A stretch of DNA of 64,000 nucleotides from Octopus sinensis (lineage: Eukaryota), in assembly GCF_006345805.1 (NCBI RefSeq), contig NC_043008.1, forward strand, positions 15,128,001-15,192,000. The letters are read 5' to 3'. The notes under the pieces are model-generated. The model was not told the DNA's origin. It saw nothing but the letters and a program-made list of their open reading frames with translations, and did no database searches. Each line of letters opens with the position of its first letter. Position 1 is the first letter of the stretch. Position numbers and translations under genes: made by a program. This document shows, piece after piece, positions 37,591 through 50,901 of this stretch.

Positions 37591-38596
37591 ACGTCGTAGT
37601 CAAGGCCTGGTATCGCCAGTTCAAATGTAGTCGGACATTGGTGGAAACTGCTCCTATTCCTGGATAACCACATTCAGACATTGATGACGACACCATCCAT
37701 AAATTGGAAGTCACCATTTTGGAGGATCATTGCAGAACTATTCGGTAACTAGCCCCAAAAGTGAAGGTAAGCGTAGGGTCCATGGCAAAAAAATCCTTCA
37801 GTACCTTTTGTACATGCTGAAGTTGTCTGCATGATGGATTCCCGGATGTTCACATCTTTTCAGAAGCAGGAATGAGTCAATTTCTCCCAGGTTCTTTTGT
37901 GCCAAGAAAACGAGAACTTCTTCGGCAGACTTATCATACAAAAGGAAGCATGGGTCGATCACTATGATCCTGAGACTAACGTCCAGTCGAAGCAATGGAA
38001 GCATGATAACTCCCCACCGCCAAAGAGGGTACGTGTCCAACCCTCAGTAGATAAGATGATCCTCACAGTCTTTTGGGACCAGCGTAGAGTAGTAATGATG
38101 GCTTTTCTGGAAAAGGGCACCACAGTTAACATGGCATATTATGCTTCTTTGTTGCAGAAATTGCAGGATTCCATCAAAGCAGAGAGACGTGGTATTCTGA
38201 GCAAAGGAGTTCGCTTCCTCCAAGACAGCGCCCCAGTTCACAATGCGCATGTTGCCCAGAAAAAAGCACTCTCCTACTGCTATGAAATCCTTTCTCTTAC
38301 CCCGCTTATTCTCCTGCCCTCGCACCATCTGATTCCCACCTCTTTGCAACGATGAAATCATTTTTGAAGGGGAAAAACCTTTCTGATGAAGCTGAACTTA
38401 TTTCTGAGGTAAAGTCTTGGCTCCAGACGCAACCTACCGACTTCTGCAGACGAGGTCTTCACAGCTGTATTAAGCGATGGGAGAAGTATGTCACCATCGG
38501 TGGGGGCTACGTAGAGAAGGACTAATAATTATGCCGTTTCGTTTATCCCAGTCCTTGGGAAATGAGCCAAGGGAAATCTTTAAGGAACACCCCTCG
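37591..38596 (+). mobile_element. Mariner (DD34D-type) transposase pseudogene, family Y, 5' end missing
   Basis: 'AWVDHYDPETNVQSKQW', 'MILTVFWD', 'QDSAPVH', 'YSPALAPSDSHLF', 'RWEKYVTIGGGYVEKD*' across frameshifts; TIR end 'aacacccctcg' followed by TA. Confidence 0.9.
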
Positions 38597-38718
38597 TATG
38601 TATATGGTTAACGAATTAGAAAGCTTAATACTTGTACTTTTAAAATCAAATTTATATATTTGTCTTATGTCAGTTGTTCTTGGGTTTAGATCTTTTATAT
38701 ATATATATATATATATAG

Positions 38719-38750
<32 letters not shown>

Positions 38751-39780
38751 CATATATATTTGTTCTTGCGCTTTCGTAGAATTATTAGAGTAATTTCATG
38801 CATTGGTATGATACAGTTTGTGATGCGTCTTATGAGACTCTTACTGACGGCTTCATTTGTAAGGTCTGACGACCTTGTTGTATTGCATTTATATCCATAG
38901 TCTTCTGTGGTTTGGTTTACTATGTTAGAATACCCGTTCTTAATTATTGTAAATTTAATATTGTACATTGTCTTAACTACTGCTTTGTTTCAAAAATAGA
39001 ATCTAAATACCATTCTAATTAGGGATATTTACTTCTCACGTGATGTACCTGTGTGGATATGCAATCTTTATGTATATAAATATGGATATCTGTGTCTTCG
39101 TTGTACACCGACGTTATGTATCGCTTCTTTTGAAACTGGGCGGATATAAATCTAGGAAGGGAGTCTTATCTATATGTTTGTACGTGGCTGCTAATGTTTT
39201 TTGTGTAACGAAAAAGAAGTAATTGAAATGAAATACGAAGAAAGCAATTGTGATAGTGACGGTGGCCTAGGTACAGGCTGTGACGTTCGTGTTGATAACG
39301 GTAGAAGAATGAGAAAGAGAGAGACAGGCATAGCGTGAGAAGGAAAGAGAAAGAGAGGGAGAGAGAGAGGAGCCGGAGAACGAGAAGGAGTGCATAAACG
39401 AAAGAAACAAGAAAAGAAAGAGATGTTGATAGGATGGGACGAGGAATAATATGAAGCCGTAGGAAAGTTTGTGACGTCATTTCGTCTTTGGTTCTCTCTG
39501 CATTTGAAGTATTTTTTTGCATTATATCTTAGTACATCAAATCATTAATTTGCTACAAGAACGAAAGACATGATAAGATCTTCACAGACACACACACACA
39601 CACACACACACATACACACACACACAGACAGACACACACGCACAATCTCATCTCATATACCTTCGTACTTAAATATGTCAACAAGTGTATATGTATGCAT
39701 ATACATACATACATACATAACACACACATATATATATATATATTATATATATATATATATATAATATATATAATATATAT

Positions 39781-39818
<38 letters not shown>

Positions 39819-40326
39819 CTCATACACGCACACGTATATGTATAACATACATATATATACATATACAAATATATATATACTCATACACGCAACACATATG
39901 CATATACATATATATATATATATTATATATATATATATATATATAATATGCATAAATATATACTCTACATATTGTTTGCAGTGCTATTGCTGGTGGGATT
40001 AACTAAAAAAGTACTCTGTCCAGTCAAAGATAAATATCATTTAATATACACAATTTACAAAGTAACTATCAACTGATCCTGAAAGATTGCTTGCAGTTGC
40101 ATGGCATGTTTTATAAATCTCTCAATTTGATGGCTCTTAAATCATGGAACTACACGTGACTTTTTTGTAATCGTGTATATCATATGATATACATACATGT
40201 TCATATATATATATAAACACACACAAAGCGTTGTGCTAGAAAGAGCAGTAGAAATCTCAAGACCACAAAAAAAGAATAATTTCACGAAAGGAATGAAAAT
40301 TAAAAACGTTTATTTTATTATGCTTA

Positions 40327-40406
<80 letters not shown>

Positions 40407-40409
40407 AAC

Positions 40410-40441
<32 letters not shown>

Positions 40442-40743
40442 TACGGAGATGTATTTGCATAGCAAGTGACCTGATCTGAGATCATGTGCTGGAACGAAAA
40501 CTATTGCAGCATGGAAGATGTTTATAAACCATTTAAGATGCAGCACAGAATTGTTTCAGTATACAGGTTGCAGTCTCAAAGCGACGAAAATATTTTGGCA
40601 AATTAAAATTTAAATGTTGAAGTGAATATAACGGTTTTTGTGTGCTTCATAAATGGCTCATAAACACCTTCCAAACTGCATATATACATATATGATTATA
40701 TCTATATCCATCTATCTATATGCATATGTATGGATATAACAAT

Positions 40744-40790
<47 letters not shown>

Positions 40791-40991
40791 TATGCATATA
40801 TATTTATATATACATAATTTTTTTTCCATTCTATGTTTATTTCCTCGTGTTTCTTTCTGTTGATCAGCGTAGGCTCGGACATACTCCCACGTGCTCACAG
40901 TCTATATCCTCCTTCCATCCTTCATCCGCCCGTCTGTCTATCCTTCCGGATGTGTGTTGCCTGCCTGTTTGTCTGTTTGTCAGCCTGTTTG

Positions 40992-41178
<187 letters not shown>

Positions 41179-41179
41179 G

Positions 41180-41320
<141 letters not shown>

Positions 41321-41346
41321 ATGTCTGTCTATCTATCTATCTATCT

Positions 41347-41990
41347 AACGGGAAGGAAGAGCTATTTTCATCATCCTTGTGGCTATGGCGAAAGAATGTA
41401 TCTGGTGGACGCGTCTGAAAGGATTGGAGACAAACACTTTCCTCTCTGGTCAATCTCTCATCAACTTCTTCAAGTACCACTTGAAAAGGAAAGTGAGAGT
41501 AGAGAGGCAAGTTTTGTCTAGCGAATGTTTTAAAAAAAGATGGGTGAATGTAGCAAGAATGGCACGTATGAATGACGAAGCCACCTTGAGCATAGTCCTA
41601 TGAACCCAGAAATCGAAAACAGAGAGTTGCTTATTTGCAAAAAAAAAAAAAAAAAAAAGAAATATAAAATGTGACTTCATTGACCGAGGTTACCGTGGTC
41701 TTTTCCGCAGGCTTTTCTTTCCACGGGTAAACCTCACCTGTCCTCCCCTTTACACTTCATATTGACATTTCTGTGATAACGATCCCTATTGATAATTTTT
41801 TTTCCTCTCCCCCCCCCTTTTTTTTTTTTTTTTTAACCCCCCTTTTTTTTGTCCTCTTTCTCTCCTTTTACGATCCCTTTTGATCGAAATCCCCCTTCCT
41901 TTTTTTTTTTTTTTTTAATACCTTCAAAAGAAAAGCTCTACCTTGTAATTTGTTCTATCTGTGTGCAGCCCTGTGTGGCTAATAAAGAAA
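41347..41990 (+). mobile_element. Tx1/L1-clade-like LINE 3' end, copy 1
   Basis: '[18 protein letters not shown]…[15 protein letters not shown]…CFKKRW' resembles a Tx1 ORF2 C-terminus; 3' UTR with A, C and T tracts ends AATAAA-GAAA then (CTAT)n. Confidence 0.6.
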
Positions 41991-42045
41991 CTATCTATCT
42001 ATCTATCTATCTATCTGTCTGTCTGTCTGTCTGTCTGTATGTCTG

Positions 42046-42092
<47 letters not shown>

Positions 42093-42093
42093 C

Positions 42094-42203
<110 letters not shown>

Positions 42204-42235
42204 GTCTATCTGTCTGTCTGTCTGTCTGTCGTCTC

Positions 42236-42273
<38 letters not shown>

Positions 42274-42298
42274 ATCTATCTATCTATCTATCTATCTA

Positions 42299-42354
<56 letters not shown>

Positions 42355-42411
42355 CTGTCTGTCTGTCTGTTGTCTGTCTGTCTGTATGTCTGTCTATCTA
42401 TCTATCTATCT

Positions 42412-43064
42412 AACGGGAAGGAAGAGCTATTTTCATCATCCTTGTGGCTATGGCGAAAGAATGTATCTGGTGGACGCGTCTGAAAGGATTGGAGACAAAC
42501 ACTTTCCTCTCTGGTCAATCTCTCATCAACTTCTTCAAGTACCACTTGAAAAGGAAAGTGAGAGTAGAGAGGCAAGTTTTGTCTAGCGAATGTTTTAAAA
42601 AAAGATGGGTGAATGTAGCAAGAATGGCACGTATGAAGACGAAGCCACCTTGAGCATAGTCCTATGAACCCAGAAATCGAAAACAGAGAGTTGCTTATTT
42701 GCAAAAAAAAAAAAAAAAAAAAAAGAAATATAAAATGTGACTTCATTGACCGAGGTTACCGTGGTCTTTTCCGCAGGCTTTTCTTTCCACGGGTAAACCT
42801 CACCTGTCCTCCCCTTTACACTTCATATTGACATTTCTGTGATAACGATCCCTATTGATAATTTTTTTTCCTCTCCCCCCCCCCCCCTTTTTTTTTTTTT
42901 TTTAACCCCCTTATTTTTGTCCTCTTTCTCTCCTTTTACGATCCCTTTTGATCGAACCTCCCCCTTCCTTCTTTTTTTTTTTTTTTTTTTAATACCTTCA
43001 AAAGAAAAGCTCTACCTTGTAATTTGTTCTATCTGTGTGCAGCCCTGTGTGGCTAATAAAGAAA
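42412..43064 (+). mobile_element. Tx1/L1-clade-like LINE 3' end, copy 2
   Basis: Near-identical to copy 1, with the same 5' truncation point. Confidence 0.6.
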
Positions 43065-43120
43065 CATATCTATCTATCTATCTATCTATCTGTCTGTCTG
43101 TCTGTCTGTCTGTATGTCTG

Positions 43121-43197
<77 letters not shown>

Positions 43198-43204
43198 ATG
43201 TCTG

Positions 43205-43261
<57 letters not shown>

Positions 43262-44468
43262 ACATAAACAGGCTTAGAACTATGACAGGCTTTTAGAATT
43301 CACCAGAAAAATCACAATCTCTCAGCAAGTAAAACACAGAGTAATGCATCGTTAACAAGTAACCTGTATGTCACCAGAAAAATCACAGACAGGCAGGGTA
43401 GTTATGGACCATGCATTACTCTGTATGTCTACTGGCGGGGTGTTTGGAAAAGAAAGTTCATCAGCAAGGAACAGTAACATGTTGCGAAGTTTCACCAACA
43501 GAGTATTGTAACATCGTCTTCAACAGTAAATTCATCATTGACATCATTGCCGTCATTTACACATCTATACAGAAGAATGTCTGTCCCTAGCGTGACCGGA
43601 AAGTCTCATCCATTCGGCTCATGTTTCAGAGAACAGTGAAGCAATGACATTACTCAAAATCGTGTTCATCAATGAATGCTTGAGCGTATTTATATGTGTT
43701 TGTGTGTGTGCATGTTTGTGTGAATGTGTGTGTTTGTGTGCATGTGTGTCTGCGTGTGTGTGCTCATTAACCGTCTAGAACAAGTCCTTCCGAGAGACAA
43801 ATTTTACTATATTTCGTTTCGTATGCGTAGAACATCTACTTGTTTCTATGTTTTTCAACCATCTCAATCTGCTTATCTTGTCATTTATTTTTCTGACTAC
43901 CTTTAAAAGATTTTGTATATATTTCTTTTGTCATCTTAGTTATTAAAAAAAAAAAATGATGCGATGCACAGACACAATTTGTTTTGTAAATGTATAATAG
44001 ATGTCGAAGTAAACATTCTATCTCACTAAATATGAATGAGTCTGTGTTGAGGACGAATGGTGGAAGATGAGAAAAAAAATAAAAAAAAACTGAAACAAAA
44101 ATAACCATAAATGAAATGTCGAGAAGATTTACACATGTGTCAGAATGTAGTAAACGAAAGATAATTGATATCTCGAGAAATTATAAGATGAATTAAACAA
44201 TATAAATTAGTCTACCGTTTTTTTGCAACTTTCAGGGTGACAAAAAAATTAGAAAATGCAAAACGAGTTGACAGAAATCATTTCTTATATTTACACAACA
44301 CAAATCATTATATATCATCATAAAAAGATATATATATAATCATTATACTTATATATAATGCGTGTGGGTGTAGTGTGCTCTCTCTCTATATATATATGTG
44401 TATGTGTATATATATATATATATATATATGCATATGTGTGTATATAGTGTAAATATAAATATAATATG

Positions 44469-44514
<46 letters not shown>

Positions 44515-44612
44515 ATATATATATATACATATTATATATATATATATATATATAGGTGTGTGTGTGGGTGTGTGTGTGTGTGTGTGGGTGGGTGTGTGTG
44601 TGTATTTATATA

Positions 44613-44975
44613 TCAGGCTGAGTAAAAGGGGAAGCAACATTTTAAACAATGCGGAAATTTTATTTATCGATGTGAATGCCGTTACAATCAACACATTTTT
44701 GCCTATGAGTTACAAGTTTGTTTATTCCGGTAACACAAAAGTCTGGAGTTCTGGTGCTGATGAACTCTTTTATAAACTCCTCTCGCAGGAAACCATCAAG
44801 GTGCTTTAAAAAGTGGTAGTCAGTACGAGAAAGGAATAAACTGAATGAGGAAGAACTTCGTGGCGAACTTCATTCAGCCTCTGGAGCGTCATTAGTGAAA
44901 CGTGTGGTTGAGCATTGTCATGACGAATGACTGACCCTCTACTATTGATCAGTTTAAGAAGGAGGATAGGAAATT
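44613..44975 (-). mobile_element. Mariner (Hsmar1/SETMAR-like) 3' remnant
   Basis: 'RHDNAQPHVS…TDYHFLKHLDGFLRE…GINKLVTHRQKCVDCNG'; TA plus TIR-like 'tcaggctgagtaaaa'. Confidence 0.78.
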
Positions 44976-45098
44976 TTCGTTCATTTTGGCAATTTCATGG
45001 CAATATGTTTCTGCAGTAATGGTTTTCTTGGGTTTTGATGTTGCCTTGGCGGAGGTTTGGGATTTCGGAGTTCTCTTGTTATTATTATTATTATTGCT

Positions 45099-45259
45099 AA
45101 GGCGGCGAGCTGGCAGAATCGTTAGCACGCCGGGCGAAATGTTTAGCCGGATTTCATCCGTTTTTATGTTCTGAGTTCACATTCCGCCGAGGTCGACTTG
45201 GCCTTTCATCCTTTCGGGATCGATAAATTAAGTACCAGTGTAACACTGGGGTCGATGCA
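45099..45259 (+). mobile_element. SINE family B, 5' part
   Basis: 'ggcggcgagctggcagaatcgttagc…gagttcacattccgccgaggtcgac…'; B-box-like GAGTTCACATTCC. Confidence 0.85.
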
Positions 45260-45273
45260 AATATTTGAAACCC

Positions 45274-45336
<63 letters not shown>

Positions 45337-45465
45337 TATCATTATCATTATTATTATTTCTGCTGTCGAATGTGGTGGTGGTGCATCTACGGGTGTTGCT
45401 GTTGTTACTGATGTTGGTGTCCTTAGAGCATCTGAATTTTCTGTTCTTGTTTCGTTGATGATACC

Positions 45466-45697
45466 CATTTCTTTACTACCCACAAGGGGCTAAAAACAAA
45501 GAGGACGAACAAGGATAGACATAGGTATTAAGTCGATCATATCGACCCCAGTGCATAACTGTACTTATTTAATCGACCCCGAAAGGATGGAAGGCAAAGT
45601 CGACCTCGGCGGAATTTGAACTCAGAACATAACGGCAGACGAAATACCGCTAAGCATTTCGCCCGGCGCGCTAACGTTTCTGCCAGCTCGCCGCCTT
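45466..45697 (-). mobile_element. SINE family B, full length, 8-bp TSD (atgatacc)
   Basis: Reverse complement of family B; 'atgatacc' at 45458-45465 and 45698-45705. Confidence 0.88.
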
Positions 45698-46955
45698 ATG
45701 ATACCGATGTAGCTGTGGGGTTGGTGCTGATTTTGCTATTGTTTGTTGCTCGTTTAGTTGTGGCTTTTTGGGACTTGGTGTTGGAAGTAACATGGTTCTA
45801 CTCTTCCCTGTCTTCTGCTGGTGACAGAAAGCTCACAAGTGGACAATCTCCCAACATAGGTAGCACCGTGGCTTTCTACCCTCAACCTTAACATGCAGCT
45901 CTTCCCCTCTCGAGAGGTGAATGAGATTCGGGATCTAGTCGATTTTGTCTGGTTTAACGTGGAGTAGTACCTCTAACCTGATCGCAAACCAATTTGCACG
46001 ACGCGTCAGCTTCACCTGCAGGAGGCTGTTACTCCCTTCCAAAAAATACACTCTAAAATCCATTATAAGTTGACCTCATGTAGATCTTTATGCTCACCGT
46101 CCTCCTTTCTAAACACAATGAGCAGAGCACATATTTTAGCTCCAACGGGTAACCACGGAATGTTTGGCGACCAAACTCTCGGTCTTGAATAACACCGAGA
46201 TGCCCGCAATTTTCTTGGCTATCGAAATATGCCAAATGCCGGACACTATCTCTTTCAGTGCACTTTTCACATCTGCCAGACTAGCCGTCTCTGGTCGCTT
46301 TTTATTAATGGAAACACATTTATAAATTACATTTTTATCCTGTTTCTACCAACATCACGCGGTGGGGGATGGTGATGTTTGCCCACGCTTTTTCCATCTT
46401 TATCAGTATTATTGTTGTTATTGTTGTAGATATAGTTATTATGCACATTGGAAATATTGCTGCATTTAAGATGACGAGGCTTACATCTGTTTTTGCTTTT
46501 CCTTTATCCCGTATCATAATTCTTGTTGTTGCAGTGGTAAGTAGCCATATTCTGTTTCTTTATTAGCCACAAGGCCCCAAAATAGAGGGGGGCAAACAAC
46601 GACAGACAGGACACCACAGAGGGGACAATACATAAAACGAATTTGAATGAGATGATTATATAACAATGAGGTTATGAATGGCTACATGCGCCCCTCATCA
46701 CATGCAGTACCATTAATCGTTTTTACTGTCCATTTTTATCATGTATTTACATAACAATTAATTATCGTGTTACATACCATTGCAAGTATTTGAACCGTTA
46801 TATACATTCTCTATAACTGTTCTTCTATTTTTCAATATTTTAAAACTATAACAATACTCGTATTGTTATTGTTGCTGTTGTTAATTCATGTCTTTGATAT
46901 TGTCTCATTTATTGTGGGGGATCCAGTTTCGTAACTGGAATTAATTTCCTATACT

Positions 46956-47186
46956 TATTTCTTTATTACCCACAAGGGGCTAAACATAGAAGGGACAAAC
47001 AAGGACAAACAAGGGGATTAAGTCGATTACATCGACCCCAGTGCGTAACTGGTACTTAATTTATCGACCCCGAAAGAATGAAAGGTAAAGTCGACCTCGG
47101 CGGAATTTGAACTCACAACGTAACGGCAGACGAAATACCGCTAAGCATTTCGCCCGATGTGCTAACGTTTCTACCAGCTCTCCGCC
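46956..47186 (-). mobile_element. SINE family B, full length, 15-bp TSD
   Basis: 'ttaatttcctatact' at 46941-46955 and 47187-47201. Confidence 0.92.
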
Positions 47187-47359
47187 TTAATTTCCTATAC
47201 TGAGTAGCCGCTGTCGTTGTTGCTGATGCTTGGGGTCATAGCAGCAGCGTGGTCCACTGCACTTACAACTTGGTGAATGTTCCCAATCCTTTCCATTTGA
47301 GGATAGAAGGTGAATGACTCGAACTTGTTTTGCAACTTACAATGAAAGCTACCTCTTAC

Positions 47360-47398
47360 TTCGTCTTCCAATTCTTTTATCTGGGCTGTCGACGCCAT
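47360..47398 (-). CDS. Candidate first coding exon (MASTAQIKELEDE) of an unidentified gene
   Basis: ATG-GCG start, 13 plausible codons, then donor 'GAA|gtaaga'; candidate acceptor 'tttgcgccctttag|' at 47458. Unique sequence. Confidence 0.45.
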
Positions 47399-47670
47399 TG
47401 GATTATTGGATTATTTTTTCCAACAGAAAATGAAAATGTCTTTCGAAACTGAGCCCGCTAAAGGGCGCAAACAAACTAATAAATCAAACCAAACCAAACC
47501 AAAGTTATGCAATGGTGGTGGTTTTCGGAAGCGCTTTGTAACAAACTAAACAATTTTATAGACAAAAATTAACCAAAAGGTAAACAAAAAATATACGAGC
47601 AAAAAGACATGTCCTCAGCTAATTCGAATAAAAACAAATAATGATGATAATAATAATAATATAATAATAA

Positions 47671-47717
<47 letters not shown>

Positions 47718-48105
47718 GAAGAAGAAGAAGAAAAGAAGAAGAAGAAGAAGAAGACGAGGAAGAAGAAAAAGAAAATGAAAAGCCCCTGCTAACAATAAAC
47801 AAAGCAAAACCGAATGGAATTCGAGTTTTCGTCCTCAAATGTCGCCAACGTCAACACGTATTTTCCATCATTGTTTATTCAGCAAACCATATTTGATTTG
47901 GTTTTGTCTGAAGCGATAAGGTTCTAGTTTATCTCAAAACACCCACACCATCACACTCTGATACACACACACACGCACGCACACACACACACATACATAC
48001 ATAGACACGTGCAAATATATATATATATATTATATATACACATATGGGAATATGAATATGTAAATATGAAATATTATATATATACATAATTGCAAACGGG
48101 TGCAC

Positions 48106-48179
<74 letters not shown>

Positions 48180-48254
48180 TATATATATATATATGCATAT
48201 ATATATATGCATATATATATATACATTATATACATAAATATAAATATATACATA

Positions 48255-48285
<31 letters not shown>

Positions 48286-49849
48286 AATGTACATGTATAA
48301 ATGCGTACGTTGCATACGTGTGTTATTGTGTGTGTGTATAGGAATATACTTTATGCATTCTCCATATTGATTTCTTTATTTCTGTATAACACATGTAATA
48401 TGTATGTTTGTGATTGTGCGCATGTATGCGTATATGTTGGCGTGTGTATAAAACAAAATGGTTATATACCTAAAATAAGAAGATTTTGTTTACCTACGAA
48501 AAACTCATTTGATAACCTCGACTTTTTTTTATATTGCCTGTGTTTATCGTAGGGGTTTTCATTCTTTCCTTGCTTTTTCATTCAATACGTGAAAGAAAAA
48601 GAAAAAAAACGTGGATGATAAAATGTGACAGCTTACTTGAGTTATCGAATATTCAAACATAAATGCACTGTTAAATGGTAACACACACACACACACAAAC
48701 TTTCACACACATTAAACATAAACGTACACTGATACGCATACACACATGCATATATGCAAGTGTGTATGCGTAAAGATGTGTATATATAATATATATATAT
48801 ATATATACGCATATATGAATGTACATATTTATACACGCATATGTACATGCACATATATATGTATATATATGTATTTATAGCAATATGATTGCAAATGCGT
48901 AATTGTATACGTATATATATATATATATTATATATATATATATATAATATATATATATAATATGTAATATAATATATATATATTATTATATATATATAAA
49001 TATATATAATACATACATATATATATATGTGTGTGTGTGTGTGTGTTTATGTATTTATGTATGTATGTATGTAATTTTGAATATATATATATATATGTGT
49101 GTATATATTGTGTTCAATATAATATTATATTACACATGCGCAGAGTGGTGGGCATGCGTACTGCCATGCCTATAAATTGTAACTAAAGATCCATAAAATG
49201 TATAGTTTGGCAGTATTGCAACTATTACACCAGGTAATAAGAGATAAGCGGGTTTAAGAGAGAGGTCAAAAGAACTCTCTAGCAACTTGGTGTGTCCAAA
49301 TCTTTCCGCCAACACGAAGTGGGAACATATCACCATATAGTGTGTTCTGTGCTGAGGTGCTGAGAATGGAATTAAGTGGAAAGAAAAAAAAAATGGCACA
49401 AAAAATGCTATCTCAGGAAATTGAGTAAATATGCTTTTTTTCTCCTGTAGCCGTTCGAATACATGAAAACGGATGTTAGACACAAAATATTTATGTAAAT
49501 CAAATGCTTTGCATTTTCTCTGTAGAAGATTGTTGACAACGCTATCATAAAAAAAAAAACTGCGGTACCAACTTCCAAGCGAGGAACCGTGAAAGTTTCG
49601 TCGTGGCCAGTTGATGGAAACTCAGAAATAAAACCAAATCTTCACAAATCACATCTACCACTTTAAATAAAGGAATTGATATATGGGATATTAGTCTTAA
49701 ACAAATTGGGATACATATACACACAACCTCCTCTCGACTTCCCCATTCACCTGATCTCCACCAGGGTGGTTAAGTCTGGATTGTCTTTAACTACATATTT
49801 GTTTAAAAGGAACGACCTAGAGTAAAACCACCATGCCATTTATCATTAG

Positions 49850-50050
49850 TGTTTAGCCACTACACACATTTTTTTCTCTCCTTGTTTCTCTCCTTGTTTC
49901 TCTGCTTGTTTTTTTCTGTGTCCCTTTCTGTAGAAGAGCGTAGGCTCAAAACGTAAAATACTTTTTCTGTTCCTCAGCGTTATCCTAATACATGTTTGTT
50001 TTGTACACTACCAGTCTCCGTCTTTTGTTTTTTTCGTAAACTCTCCCTAT
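49850..50050 (+). mobile_element. Probable Penelope pseudo-LTR fragment with degenerate hammerhead (G12A)
   Basis: 'ctttctgtagaagagcgtaggctcaaaacgtaaaa'; homologous to 50810-50960. Confidence 0.5.
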
Positions 50051-50460
50051 ATGTATATATGCGTATGTATAGAATATACACATACGCTTAATTTGAAGGA
50101 TGTCCATGAGACTTGAATCTACATTTCCTGAAGACATGACAGGTGTTCTGCCATTGGACTAAAGTAATCCAGTAATTTCATGCTATTATTTATAGCTTTA
50201 TGTCGTGTAGTCGAAGTACCAATAATCCCCCCAAAATTATTTCACGTTATCTCGAAAGTTTATAAAATTATACACGCGCACACATACACATGCGCAGGTG
50301 CATGTGTGACAGTGCATTATGACGTTTGCTTCTTAATCACATAGTATCGGGTTTAGTCTTACTGTTTTGCACCTTGGGAAAGTCTCTTCTACTATGATCT
50401 TGAAGCCTTGTGATTGGATTTGGTAGACACTGAAAGAAGTCAGTCGTATGGTCGTGTACA

Positions 50461-50545
<85 letters not shown>

Positions 50546-50863
50546 CTCTCTCTCTCTCTCTCTCGTTATCTATCTATCTATCTATATACATGATAGATAG
50601 ATAGCCACTAAACCTTTTTCTATTTTCTCCTCTCCCTGTTTATTTCTGTGATCCTTTCTGTGGAAGAATGTCTTACTGTGTAGCACCTTGGGAAAGTCTC
50701 TTCTTCTATGGTCTCTAAGCCTTGTAGTTGCATTTGGTACACGGAAACTGGAAGTCAGTCGTATAGTCGTGGACATTGGACATATATATATATATATATA
50801 TATATGATAGATCGCTAGCCACTAAACCTTTTTCTATTTTCTCTCCCTGTTTATTTCTGTGTT

Positions 50864-50901
50864 TCTTTCTGTCGAAGAGCGTAGGCTCGAAACGTAAAAG
50901 A
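50864..50901 (+). ncRNA. Atypical minimal hammerhead-like motif
   Basis: Stem I UCUUU/AAAGA; core CUGUCGA plus A (A6 replaced); stem II GAGC-guag-GCUC; GAAA; palindromic ACGU; triplet GUA. Confidence 0.5.
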
